Part shown: piece after piece, positions 42,373 through 54,154 of the stretch
How the letters are laid out: each line of letters starts with the position of its first letter
Numbering within the stretch: the stretch's first letter is position 1
Assembly (NCBI RefSeq): GCF_006345805.1
Contig: NW_021833914.1
Location: 1-64,000, forward strand
Length of the DNA stretch: 64,000 nt
Reading direction: 5' to 3'
Source: Octopus sinensis
Taxonomy: Eukaryota
Translations under genes and position numbers: made by a program
The notes under the pieces: generated by a model
Told to the model about the DNA's origin: nothing
Seen by the model: only the letters and a program-made list of their open reading frames with translations
Database searches by the model: none

Positions 42373-42650
42373 CTATTTATGAGTCTTGAAACCTTTTATT
42401 GATCTATAAAAGCCCGACCTCGTTGAAGAACGAGTCAGCCTCCTTTCCCGCGCTCCGGGCGATTGGCGTAATACGCAAACAGTCCGCGGGGAAGAATACT
42501 TTTGTAGTTTCATCCTTTCGGCGTGGTTTGCAGCCGAACAAGGATTCGCAGCGGAGGAATCGATTCTCGACTTTGAGAAGGCATCCACAACGGTAACATC
42601 CCATATGAGGGCTTTCCCGAACGAGTACGGGAATATTGTCAAATTACTAA
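42373..42650 (-). mobile_element. CRE-clade endonuclease fragment
   Basis: LTIFPYSFGKALIWDVTVVDAF...SAANHAERMKLQKY is present. Confidence 0.8.
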
Positions 42651-44276
42651 TCTGTTTATAAACACAATTATTTATTGAAAAAATCGAATAAAGTTATTTG
42701 TATAGTTTTTTAATTAATTTTTGTAAATCATTCGAAATGTTTTTCAAATTTTTTACAGTATTTTGTTATATTTTGAGAAAAGCAATTCGAACAAGAACTT
42801 AATTTATGACAATTTGAATTCCATCAAATAAAGTGATTGGGCTAATATCGTAGCTCTCATCGATTTGGCCATCTTCTGCATTAAGCATGATATCTTCAAC
42901 AGTATATTCTTCTTGAAACAGTGCAATGATTTCATCGTCATCAATGACTTTATACCGCTTAGATAATTGTATCGAGTCCAGAATACATAAAATTTTAATG
43001 ACTGAGGTCTTTCCACAGTTGGGAAAATCACGATCTTACTTTTCAATAAACAAAAATTGTGTTTCACTTGAATGTCAATCACAATTGAAGTGTTTCCTTG
43101 GCTATAGTACGTGGAAACTGTGTTTCCATTTACGAGGCCGGGAATTTAGTTAGTTAATAACTATTTTATTCTCTTTTTTTTCTGGTTTTATATAGCTAGT
43201 TTATAAAAAAAATTGAAGTTTTCACCCAGATTTTCACTTCAGTGTCGTAAATATCGATCAAACTGAATTTGTGTTGATAAATTTAGATTTTTCAATGCCA
43301 CACATTGTTCATATGTACAGATATATGCATCCTACAACTTCGTTATGTTTTCTCATGTAGTAACTGTTCAACATTCTGACCAATTAATCAACGGATTTCT
43401 TGGCTTTTTTACAGTAATTACATGTTGATTCTTTTGGATCAAAAAATTAATTTCTATTCTAAACACTATATAGCTTTGTATTTAGGCTGTTATTTCTCGT
43501 GGGAAGCTATTGAGAAGATTCAACATTTCATTCTCCTTACTATTAAAAAGAACAGAATACTGATATGGAATGAGTTTTTTTGCTTCTGTAATAAAGTAAG
43601 TAATGTTTTGAATAATCTTCATGCAAACTTTGATGAATTTTTATAGATTAGAAAAGAAATTCTCAACCTTCAAGAATTAAATCAATAATTAAGAGTTTCT
43701 TTGTGGCTCCGACAAAAAATATTTTTACAAGCTTTCTACACGCACCGGAGGCACGGGTATCAGGTCGGCGCTGGATTTCGCACTTCCGGCATATCTGTTA
43801 TCGCTTTTAAGCTGCAGTCATCTCGTCCAGAAAGTCCAAACTCACACTACTATCCTTGGACACAGTATTTGACGAGGCTTGCTTGCAGTAGAAGGAAGCT
43901 GAACTTTCGATCCAGGATGATGTCTCGAGACAGAATTGTTGGGACGCAATATTGTGCAAAGCTATTGTTGATGACCTAAAGCGGGGGTTGAACCAACACT
44001 GTTTTGTCTGTTTGCTTTCTGGGCCACAACACGGAAGGGTGCATGGCTCCACGCATTTCCATACAGTTCATTCGGTACTTTTATGGACGACGATTGTGAG
44101 ATAATTGGTGTTCAGGAGATCGGGTCCCGCATGTCTGCTATCACAGGCGACGGCCGCGAATCAAAATGGTTTTTTCGAGCGGATATTCCTCGCGATAGTA
44201 CGCTCTAATTCTTTCTCGATCGCGTCGGCATCCCGCCCATTAAGCTTTTTTTAATTAACTTGTAGTTATTTACTTT

Positions 44277-44277
<1 letters not shown>

Positions 44278-44349
<72 letters not shown>
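44278..44349 (-). repeat. 72-nt poly(A) (poly-T on +) flanked by a direct repeat
   Basis: TTTACTTTGTT occurs at 44269-44279 and at 44347-44357. Confidence 0.75.
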
Positions 44350-44354
<5 letters not shown>

Positions 44355-44409
44355 GTTGTTTGTGGTTCATTGATTTCTAAAAAAAAATTTTCAAATTTAT
44401 AAAATAAAA

Positions 44410-44553
44410 ATGTACCGAAGTACACGAAAAAATACGCCGTAGGACAGCCCGTATGGAACCGACCACACTCGAAGGCGACCCAAAGTGCAATGGATGGCCA
44501 GCGAATGGCACATTTGCCTAATTGATAACAAACATGCACGACCAGGTAAGTAC
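44410..44553 (-). ncRNA. U1: U1 spliceosomal snRNA, compact (144 nt)
   Basis: It begins with 5' ACUUACCUG. Helix H is GUCGU/ACGGC, and SL1 has a 10-nt loop. SL2 carries the U1A site AUUGCAC. SL3 is followed by a U-rich Sm site and a terminal C(UUCG)G hairpin. All four helices pair by hand. Confidence 0.95.
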
Positions 44554-44929
44554 TTAGCATATGCACACATTAGGAAATAGATACAACTAAATTATTAAAA
44601 TGTATGGATTTTTACTTAGCTTTGAGGTATATACATTTAAATAGATTATCCAATTTTTTATTGAGTTTTAACATAAATGACAAATTAAGTAATTACAAAT
44701 TTATTAAATTTATAAAAAGGTGATTTTTAAACACTACTTGTTTAATCCTTGATCGCTTAAATGTTTATATTCTCCATTCGACTGTATTTATGACTGTGTT
44801 TATGACATTTACATTAGTTATGACATTTACATTAGTTAACCATTATTTATTAATTTTTTAATAACCTCCGTATCAACGTGCTTTTAGGTAAGTCAGTTCT
44901 TATAAAGATTTTTATTTGTCATTTGGATT

Positions 44930-45695
44930 TATATGCAATGATAAAAATAAACTAACCTCAATGTTTAATTTGCATGGTCTTCTTGGCAGATAATTTTTCG
45001 TTTTTGTTTTCTGAAAAACAATACAAGTATTATTTAGTTTTTATTATGTATCGTAGATCTAGTCAAATGATGTTCAGTGAAACTTTTGTAATTACAGAGG
45101 AATCATTAAAATATTCATACCTGATTTCAGAATTTATAGCAAAACAACTAAAACCTCACTATTGGCGAAAACTTGATAATCCCTGCTTGTCGTATTATTG
45201 CTCGAACTGTGTTTAGGCATAATATGAACAAATAATCTTAAGAGATCTTTGTCAGATAACAGTTTCTTGTCGGATTTGTGGTTTGTCGGAGAATATTGAA
45301 AATAGTGTCTCATTTTCTATTAAAGAAACTCACTTGACGAATCTGAGGATATTTCGGAAATGGCACATTTATTGGCATATATACGATTTGTTTATTTTGG
45401 GAAAATTACAGAACAATTCGTATTTTATAAGCCTCTTTTAACTACTACTCGAGCAATTGATATGTTCACGATATTAAACGATTATTTCAATATCAATAAT
45501 ATTTCATTTGCCAATTGTATTGGTACATGTATAAATGGAGCCCCATATGTTTGGTCGTATCAATGGATTTGTTTCATCTGTTAAATTTAAAATTAATGAG
45601 ATGATTTTATCACATTGTTTTTTGCATCAAGAAATATCGACTGTAAAAACATTGTCTGTGAGTTTAAAATCTTTCTTGGATGATATTATCTAAAT
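44930..45695 (+). mobile_element. Outer hAT (ZBED5/Buster-like) transposase remnant; continues after 48878
   Basis: IAKQLKPH.IGE, DES, EQFVFYKPL and THCFLHQE precede the insertion. The frame resumes as NNIKS...DEMGANF after it. Confidence 0.7.
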
Positions 45696-45787
45696 CAGTG
45701 GTTCTCAACTGTGGACGATTCTCCCCTTAGGGATAATCCGATTTATTTCGCCAGGGAGGGGATAATTGAAATAATGAATAAATATGA

Positions 45788-46987
45788 TGTCACCGGCTGG
45801 ATAATGCCCTGGGTTGGATAATGCCCCCTCAACGTTATTTTAAAAAAATAAATATTTTTTCATAATTAATTTTGATTAGATTTTTTGATTTTGTTAATTA
45901 TTTTAGTAATTTATCAAAGTTTTTTTTCAAATTAATCTAGCATGAAAATTTGTTTTGGTTATTTAAGTTTTCCAATTTGAAAAAATAATAAGTATAATCG
46001 ATCAAATTTATATTTCAGAAATGGTTTTACTCAACCTTAGCAAAGATGAACTTGAAGTAATCAAAAATATTCAAATAGATGCTTTTTATATTGACCGAAT
46101 TCAGAAATCTGAAAAGAAAAGATACAGAAAATTAGCAGAACAGTTAATTTCAGGGTCAAGTAGAAAGTCAAGTTATGGGTCTTTTGGAAGCTATAAAGAC
46201 TTCTATCAAGAAATTGTTTATAAATATAACATGTCGAAGCATGAAACGACCAAGAGGACACCTTTCGAAATTTTTATGCGAGGAAATCATTTAATCTCGG
46301 AGGAAATTAGATCGGCGTTATTGTCATTCGATGGAAATGAAGCGGTTGAATCAAGTCAATCGGAGATAATTGGATCCGATTATTTGGAAAACGAGGACGA
46401 TTGTTTGAATCAACAAAGTGTGTATGAAAGCCATGTTCTCGCCGGAGAAAAAATGAAAAGGAGGCGGAAATGGAAATTTTATGAAGATTTAGCCGTAGGA
46501 GATAATGTCCTACTGAGACATGATATTGATGCGAATCCAAATAACCGAAAATACCCCCTATACGATCAGATTGATTCCACTATATATGAAATATCGGAGG
46601 TTGATAAAGACAAGTGCGTACTTAAAGATCTTAATGACGAATCATCCAAATATGTACACAAAAGTCGTATAAAAAAATATGACTTTTACAAAAAATTTTT
46701 ATATAATAAAAATTCATGAATTTTTAATATTTGTTTTTAAATGGTAGACCTAAAAAATTGTATAATTATAATAAAATACGTTATTGATTCGGAAAAATTG
46801 GTGATGCCGGTTTTTGCCGACTCTTTGAAAAATTCTTTCAATCAAAAAATTGATAAAAAAATTGAATAAATCGACTTAATTCCATTATCAAGTTATTTTT
46901 AATTAATTATCAGGTTATTTTTGTTTGATTTTAAAAAAAATTTCAAGGGGGTATTATCCAACCCAGGGCATTATCCAGCCTGTGACA
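45788..46987 (+). mobile_element. Ginger-type (integrase) DNA transposon, internally deleted, with open 232-aa ORF 46021-46719
   Basis: It has about 42-bp TIRs starting TGTCAC.GGCTGGATAATGCCCTGGGTTGGATAAT (2 mismatches) and a 5-bp TSD TATGA. The post-core integrase motif YNMSKHETTKRTPFEIF and an SH3-like tail are present. Confidence 0.82.
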
Positions 46988-47664
46988 TATGATATTTTTA
47001 TTATAATTTATTTAAATTTCTAAGCGTGATTTCTAGTTATTTTTATGGGTCGTGTTCAAAAAAGTCAGAATGTATAAAGATGAATATATTTCTCTTGGAT
47101 TTATTAAAGATCCTCAAGATCCTAATAAACCACTTTGCCTTCAATTTGGGGCAATCGTTTTGAATTAAGCAAAGAAGTCGTCCTGTTTGAATGAACATTT
47201 GAAGCAAAAATATCATAATTCGATTGGAAAAAGGCAGACTTTATTTAGAATTAAAAAAGAATTTTGAAAATAAAAACACCTTACAGTCAATTTTTGATAA
47301 AAATATGTCTCTGGATTATCTTTTTCATATTAAGTTGCAAAGATAATCACAAAAACTGGTTGCATTATTATTTAAATTATAGGTACTGCTCATTCGATTG
47401 CAGAAAATGTTATCCGTCCTTGTTTAAATTTATTTATAAACCATATCTTACAAAAAGATTCTTCAAATATTATGAAGACTATTCCATTAAGCAACGACAC
47501 CCCACGAAAAAGAATTGATGAAATTTCTAATGAAATTGAACAATCCTTAATTTTACTTCTCAGGGAACGCAAGTTTTCAGTCCAATTTGACGAATCAGTT
47601 ATCTTTGATAACCAGTCAATTTTTATGGCATATGTAAGGTATTACTTTTTATAAATACTTTTTA

Positions 47665-48065
47665 TTGCTGGCTGGAGAACTAAAGATGCTTTACGGGGCA
47701 CCAGTCCGAATTATTCCGATTGTGCTGACGTGGGACGGGGTGGTTTCAACGTGTTACAAAGCCTATATGGAGAAGTTATCCGTTGAAGGCCCGACAAGAA
47801 CGTACATTCAGGGACTTGTCATGAAGAAGACATTGGAGGCAATTGTGGTGGAACATAGGCATGGAATCCATACGTCTCAAGAGGAATTCATTACGGCAAC
47901 CAGTCAATTAAGCTGAAGTGGCAAATCAATCTTGCGAGGACCCTTCGGATGAAGCAAACGGGAAAATCTTGTGTTCGGAGAATGAAAGTGCTGATGGTGC
48001 GTTGGTGGAAATCTCTCCCAAGAAGAGAAAAATTCCAGGAGACGAGGATCATTGAGCTAACGTGA
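47665..48065 (+). mobile_element. 5'-truncated R4/Dong-like (RLE) retrotransposon inserted in a hAT intron
   Basis: LAGELKMLY...IIPIVLTWDGVV...YIQGLVMKKTLEAIVVEHRHG is present. Confidence 0.65.
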
Positions 48066-49254
48066 TTAGGAACACATTTTCCAACAAAACTTAGAATAAC
48101 TTTTGAATAAATTTACAGATATTTTGATGATGATTTTATTCTGCAAGAAGAGTTAAAATCTTTAATCACGGATACCACAGGATTGTCAATATTCAAAATG
48201 TTGGAATCTTATTTATTCTTAAATAATATTCCATTGGAACATATTTTAGCGTGCGTAACTGATGGCTATGGTTAGAAAATATCGTGGTTTTTAAGAAAAT
48301 TTAATTTGAGTAATAGAAAATTTGGAAAATTCGATTTTTATGATCACATTTTTGATGACAACGATTTGAAAATTTATGAATTTTATCTCGAATCTTTGGA
48401 ACAAGATTTGAAAAAAGATTTAAAGATTTAATTAATTTAAACTTTTCTGATTGGATGATTAATCCTTAGGTGCCCATTTATTATGATTCTGACGATGAAT
48501 GTCAACAAGAGCTAATAGAACTAAAAAACGACCAAAAACTCAAAATAAAATTTAAAACGAAAACTAGAGTCAATTCTGGACAGAAAAATCTACAAAAATG
48601 AAATTCCCGAAATTATGAGAAAAAATGATGCCAGTAATATTATTTTTTCCTACGTCATACTGCGTAGAGAAAGGATTCAGCACTCTGAATAGTATGATCG
48701 GAAAAAAGAAACAAACTAAACATAGAAAAAAGAGAAGACATTAGAATTACACTTACGAAAAGAAGTATAAATTTTGAAAAACTTGTCACTTTCATCAACC
48801 GCAAGGATCTCATTAAAAATCTTTTTTTTAATAAAAAAATATTTCTAATATACAAAAATAAAGGTTGTGAACCACTGATCTAGATGACTAATAATATAAA
48901 AAGTCTCGCATTTTTACCTCTATTTACGATGAAATGGGGGCAAACTTTACAAATTTGAATTTGTTGAAAAAATTCAGAATCCAATATTGTCCATAAAACT
49001 CCATTCAAGTAAGAACGTTTTCAAAAAGTCAATTCCTCAGTTTTTGGGTTATTATTTTATTTGATTTTTTCGGGAAATAGGAGCCTTTTGTCGAGGACAT
49101 GACTGCCTACATCGTTGGAATAATCGGAATCATAAAGTCAGAAAAAAAGGTGTTTTTGTTTTCATTAAATGCCAGAAAAATATTTTGAATTTAATTTTCT
49201 TAGTTCTAGTTCATAATTTGATTTTGCATTTTAATCAATAATTAATTGCACCAC

Positions 49255-49700
49255 ATGACTTAAAATGTGTATCTTTCACCGGCGTGTCACGGCAGCATGC
49301 CACTTCTGCAACCTGGTAAGCAACAGAGGTGTATTCTTCGGCAGATACTCTCACTCCATGTCTGTGTTCAACTACCATGCTTTCTAGAGTCCTTTTTAGA
49401 ACAACAGACTGAAATATATCAAACTATAGAGCAGGGGTGCGCAAGCTTTTTGGGTTTGCGGCTGCATAGCATTTTTTTTCCTTCTCTTCCACGGCCACAC
49501 ATTTTCTGCATTATTTTTTCGATATTAATATAGTAATTTTTTTTAGGCCGCACTTGCGCACCCCTGCTATAGAGCAAAAAAGCACAACTTATTGTATTAT
49601 CAGCATATAAACACTTCGGAGATTTGAAAGAGTTCTTTGTTCGCAAAGTAAACGAAAATTAAATTAAATGAACTATAATTAAATAGTTTGAACATGACCC
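49255..49700 (-). mobile_element. Second R4/Dong-like fragment, interrupted by a hAT MITE
   Basis: SVVLKRTLESMVVEHRHG is homologous to 47665-47916. Confidence 0.55.
49432..49566. mobile_element. 135-bp hAT MITE
   Basis: TIRs CAGGGGTGCGCAAG and CTTGCGCACCCCTG are perfect, as is the 8-bp TSD CTATAGAG (49424-49431, 49567-49574). Confidence 0.93.
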
Positions 49701-51251
49701 CTGTTTGGGAGGGCACCCCCGCTTTCTTGGGCACTTGGTGGCCCACCCCGGGGTTAGACTGTATTGTTGTTTCTTGTTCTGTACTGAAAGAATTTGTTTT
49801 AAGGAGTTTTCCTCGAAACAACAATGAATCAACTGTATAGAATTCATCAGTTTCTTTATTCATTTTCAGATTACTTCAAGTTTTAATGAGCGCCGATAAA
49901 GTATTTATACTAGTTAATTAGGGGTAGTTTATGTTTGCTGTTGTAATTTTTTTCAATATTTCCTCTTTCTTTCTATCTTGTAAACAATATTTTGTAAAAT
50001 ACAATTGTCTAGTAATTAATGATTAATTTGTTATTTACGACTTGAATAATTCATTTTTTAAATAATGATTTTTAAATCAAAGAAAGTGTCCAATACAGAC
50101 GGTTGATTTAAATAAACAGTGGAAAAAATGTTAGTAAAATACAAATTTGGTTTTGAGAATATTTTTACTTTAAATAACTCATTTGACGAAAAATTAAAAT
50201 CAGTGGAAATATTGCGAGAATATAATTTCTGTCGATAAACAAAAGAACTTCAAAATGGAAATAAATAGAGGTAAAAGGATTATGAAAGTAAACTTGCCTG
50301 ACATTGCTGAAAAGCAATTTTAAAATTAATTACTTATTCTCTAATTGTGAGGATCACTAGAGACACGTTGAGATTTTGATTTCTGTAGTTTTTGAATGAA
50401 GAAATGTTTAATGAAACGGAATTCGTTTCTTGTACTAGTAGATAACTGAAATACATGGTGATTTTCCAAACTTAAATATTTTGTATTGTTGTGTGTCTAG
50501 AAAATATAAATTTTATAGTGAAACGGAAAAGGGTCTGTAAATTTGTCTTAATGGACATAATTTATTTCATGCATTTAATTAGCAATCATTGCTCAACATA
50601 TTATTCTGATTTATTTGAATCGAATGAGCCCTGGCAACGTTTATAGTCTCATTGTGAATAGCTAATCAAAAAGATTAGCTTGAATTCTTTACTGGATGAT
50701 TTTGAATATTATTATTAGTAATCTGGATAATTCGAATAGTAATGTTGTCTACCTGGCAAAAATATTATCATTATTCAAAATGATCGTCAGGGGTCTATAC
50801 ATCTTCTAAGCTCTCCTGATTTTTTATTTTCAAAATTCTGTCGTGGAAAAGTCTCACTTTGAAGTTTTACAGATTGGAGATATGCTCTCACGTAGTTTTC
50901 TATAAATTACAATGTTTTCTCAATTCAATTTTTTTTAATGTTAAAGTTTTAACTGGATTCTTTTAAATTTGATTTTAGTAGAATATAACTTTATTATAAA
51001 AATTAATATATAGGCTTTAAATGTTTGACTATTCACGTGGTGCATTTGAAAATTTACTCGAAACGTGACTGAATCAGAAGATAGCATCCTAAAAAATAAG
51101 CAATGGGTGGTTTTAAATCACAAAAATAACAGGAAATCGCACAAATATGGAACGAGCAATACAACAAAGGTTTAATTCCACCATCCTCAACTTTTAGCCC
51201 ATCCAAATAAAAAAATCAATCTCTTACATCTCTGTGACCGTTTACTGCAAA

Positions 51252-51702
51252 ATGGCAAGAAAACGAGGCCGAGATTTTTCCGAAACATTCCAAAAAAGTC
51301 TTTGCAATGTTTTTATTTCAAATGAGTGACTTTATTTTTATATTCGTAGTGAGGAGGTGTCTCAAACCCTCCAAGAATTGCTAACCACGTGGGGGAATAC
51401 TGAAATGTTTTCCAATTCAGTCATTTCATCAATGAAGGCTGGATTGACTTCAAAAACTAAAAAGTCGAGGGTTTTTATTTTTTTCTTATCAAAGTTTGAA
51501 CGAATGGTTGAACTGATGGCCCAAGTTGAAGAATGGGAGGAATCCGGGATGCATCCACAGGCTGATATGTTGGAAAAGATCGAGACAATTCAGAGTCTTT
51601 TGGCCGGTGTTGTTGTTGAAGAGTGTCAGTTATTGAGTGATTTAAAAACCTGTTCTCAGGTGAGGTGGAAATCCGGTAGTTTAGGAACTGAAAGCATTCT
51701 TA
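51252..51702 (+). CDS. Hypothetical helical protein of about 125 aa, three micro-introns
   Basis: Three 23-25 nt GT-AG introns give a continuous frame, MARKRGRDF...NDEEVSQTLQELL...KSRFERMV...KTCSQELKAF*. No family was recognised. Confidence 0.6.
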
Positions 51703-52149
51703 AGTGTAAGTGCTATGAAAGAAAGGGAGTCGAGGAGTTTGAATCATTAAATAATTTTTACACTATTTTTGACTTTATGAGATAATTTTAATCAACAAAT
51801 TGTAAAAAGGCTTAGTTTGTAGATGAAAAGTTTTGTTTATATGAAAAATAGTCTTAGATCTTTATATTCTGACTTTCTGGGTATTCTACGAATTTTGAAT
51901 AGGAAAGGTTTTGAAAATTTTTTTTTGATTTTAAATTTGTTGATTAGCTACAGACTAGGGATTATTTAACAAAATAAGGATTGACTTGGTACGTTTTATT
52001 TTATTATTTGAATTACTACTCTTTCTGCTTTTAGAATGATCAAGTAAACTTTGATGAATATAAAATGACAGTTCTATTTTAAAGTATCTAATTAAGAATC
52101 CAGATTGGCAGTAATTTCTCTTCTACGAGATTGTCAGTTTGGCACGAAC

Positions 52150-52770
52150 TTCTTTTCATTTTACATTTCTTCATCACAACCTACTGGATGTATGTCCTCG
52201 TTCTTTCTTCAATGGATAACTTATTCGTATGACTTTTACAAAAATTTGAGACAACTCCCGTGTCAAGATAATTGGAATAATCTTTACTTTTACTTCATAG
52301 AGGATCGACAGTTTGTTTTGCCAGCAGATTGTATTTTTGAAATTGGAATTCTCAAATTTATGATTTCCGAACTGGCGAGTGTCGTAAGGTTGGAAAAAAG
52401 GCTTGAAACTGTTAATATTGAACGTGGTATACTCCAAGATAATTAGTTGTCATTTCGAATATTTTTATTGAATCCATCCAACAAGAACTCATAACAATTA
52501 TGCCCCAATAGATTGAATCAGAACTTTCTGAATGAAACCAGTAATATTCAAGGCCCAGAAACTGGTTTTCTTCGTAATCGAAAATTTATGCCATACGAAT
52601 TCCGATATACTCAAACTCTATCCTCCATCTATCGATTTTTAAACACAATTTGAAGTTTATGTTTAACTTCTGATAAGATATTTATCCAGCATATAGATTA
52701 GTCAAAATTAGATCAATGTGCATAAAACCTCTCAAATCAGCAGATTTTGGCCAACTCGTCAATCAAAACA
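52150..52770 (-). mobile_element. Possible decayed Gypsy integrase C-terminus/chromodomain remnant
   Basis: GHNCYEFLL, YTTFNINSFKPF (compare HPVFHVS.LKPY) and LYEVKVKII...IFVK are weak, frameshifted matches. Confidence 0.35.
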
Positions 52771-52774
52771 AATA

Positions 52775-54124
52775 CAGTGCTCGTCAAAAAATTGCTCAGC
52801 CATTTTTTTATGCTTTTATTGAAAAATTAATAAGAATTTAATCTTACGCTTCATTTTTTATTCTAATTCTTAAGTTTATTAATTTATTTATCGATTTTAT
52901 TAAATATAAGGAATTTAAAGCATAAAAATTTAAATCACGTGACAAAAAACATTGCTCACTTTTCTTGTTATTACATATCCCACGTTCTCCCAAGAAACAG
53001 TTAACTGAATTTAAAAAAGGATGATTATTGCGTACTTTAAAGAGGGTAAAAATCAATCAGAGAAATCTCAAAAATACTTAATTTGCCGTATTCCACAATT
53101 TCATTTAATATTCGAAAATTTCGAGAATTTGGAACACTGCATCGGAGACCGGGCAGGACGTCTTCCGAAACTAAGTTTCCCCAAATACAATTTTTATGTA
53201 ATGAAACCGATTCACATCCTACATTGTTGCAGTGGATTTGTCCAACAAAACTAAAGAAACTTTCAATATTGATGTTTCCCCTAGGACAATTCTGAGAACT
53301 TTGAATAAAAATGGGTATATTGTCGTGTAGCAAAGAAAACCCATTGCTTCTCAAAAAATATTATTCGAGATGGTCTGCGTCACTACGATTTTTATCGATA
53401 TCTGATAGTACATGGAAATCGGTGATATTCTCAGATGAGTCAATGTTCGATGTTTTAACAACAGAAAACATCAGCTTGTTTACAGAAAAAATAAAACGGA
53501 GTTAAAAAATGCACATTTGTTGCCGACTGTTAAGTTCGGAGTAGGGAGAGTTATGATTTGGGGCTGTATATCGTATAGTGGTGTAGGCAATTTGGTTTTT
53601 ATCGAAGAAACTATGAACTCTGGATATTATATAAATTTACTGTCTAATAATCTGGACCAATCAGCTGAAAAAATGGGCTTATCCTCGTTATTTTTCAACA
53701 GGATAATGCTCCATGCCATACATCTCGTATGGTTAAGGCATATTTCGAAACCAAAAAATATATTATTCTTGATTGGCCATCGCAATCACCGGATCTTAAG
53801 ACAAATATTATGAAATTTGGCAGTCAATTCCTAAAAGTTTTTTACAAAACTTAGTAAATTCAATGAGAAAAAGGAGTTATTCTTTATATTTAGCAAGGGG
53901 AGGACATATTAATTACTGATAATGAGATTTCCAAATTTGTGCTAATGTTTTTTGTCTTGCAATTTTTTTTTGTTTTTGTTTAAGTTTATAAATAAAAAGA
54001 AAATTTTATTATAAAATAAGGTATAATAATAAAATACTACTTAAAGATGTTACAAAAAAAAATAAATCAGAATAATGCTATATAAGACATAAACATTGGT
54101 GAGCAATTTTTTTGACGACCACTG
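52775..54124 (+). mobile_element. Tc1 element with decayed DD34E transposase
   Basis: TIRs CAGTG(C/G)TCGTCAAAAAA(A)TTGCTCA are flanked by TA (52773-52774, 54125-54126). Motifs are WKSVIFSDES, TVKFGVGRVMIWGCI, FQQDNAPCH and WPSQSPDL. Confidence 0.9.
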
Positions 54125-54154
54125 TACATTAAAAAGTATTTATTAAATAAATAA

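Larger units (their letters stand above)
45696..48877 (+). mobile_element. hAT (Buster/Charlie-like) element with intron-containing, decayed transposase
   Basis: TIRs are CAGTGGTTCTCAAC and GTTGTGAACCACTG, and the 8-bp TSD is ATCTAAAT/ATCTAGAT. Motifs are KTG|TAHSIAE, PLSNDT, FSVQFDES, YVR|Y, CVTDG, FPTSYCVEKGFS and EDIRITL. Confidence 0.88.

Noticed and set aside
43740-44250. GC-rich segment as the body of the element owning the poly(A)
   Set aside because: It lies on the 3' side of the A-run in the relevant orientation and outside the direct repeat. It is probably a separate TE remnant that I could not classify.
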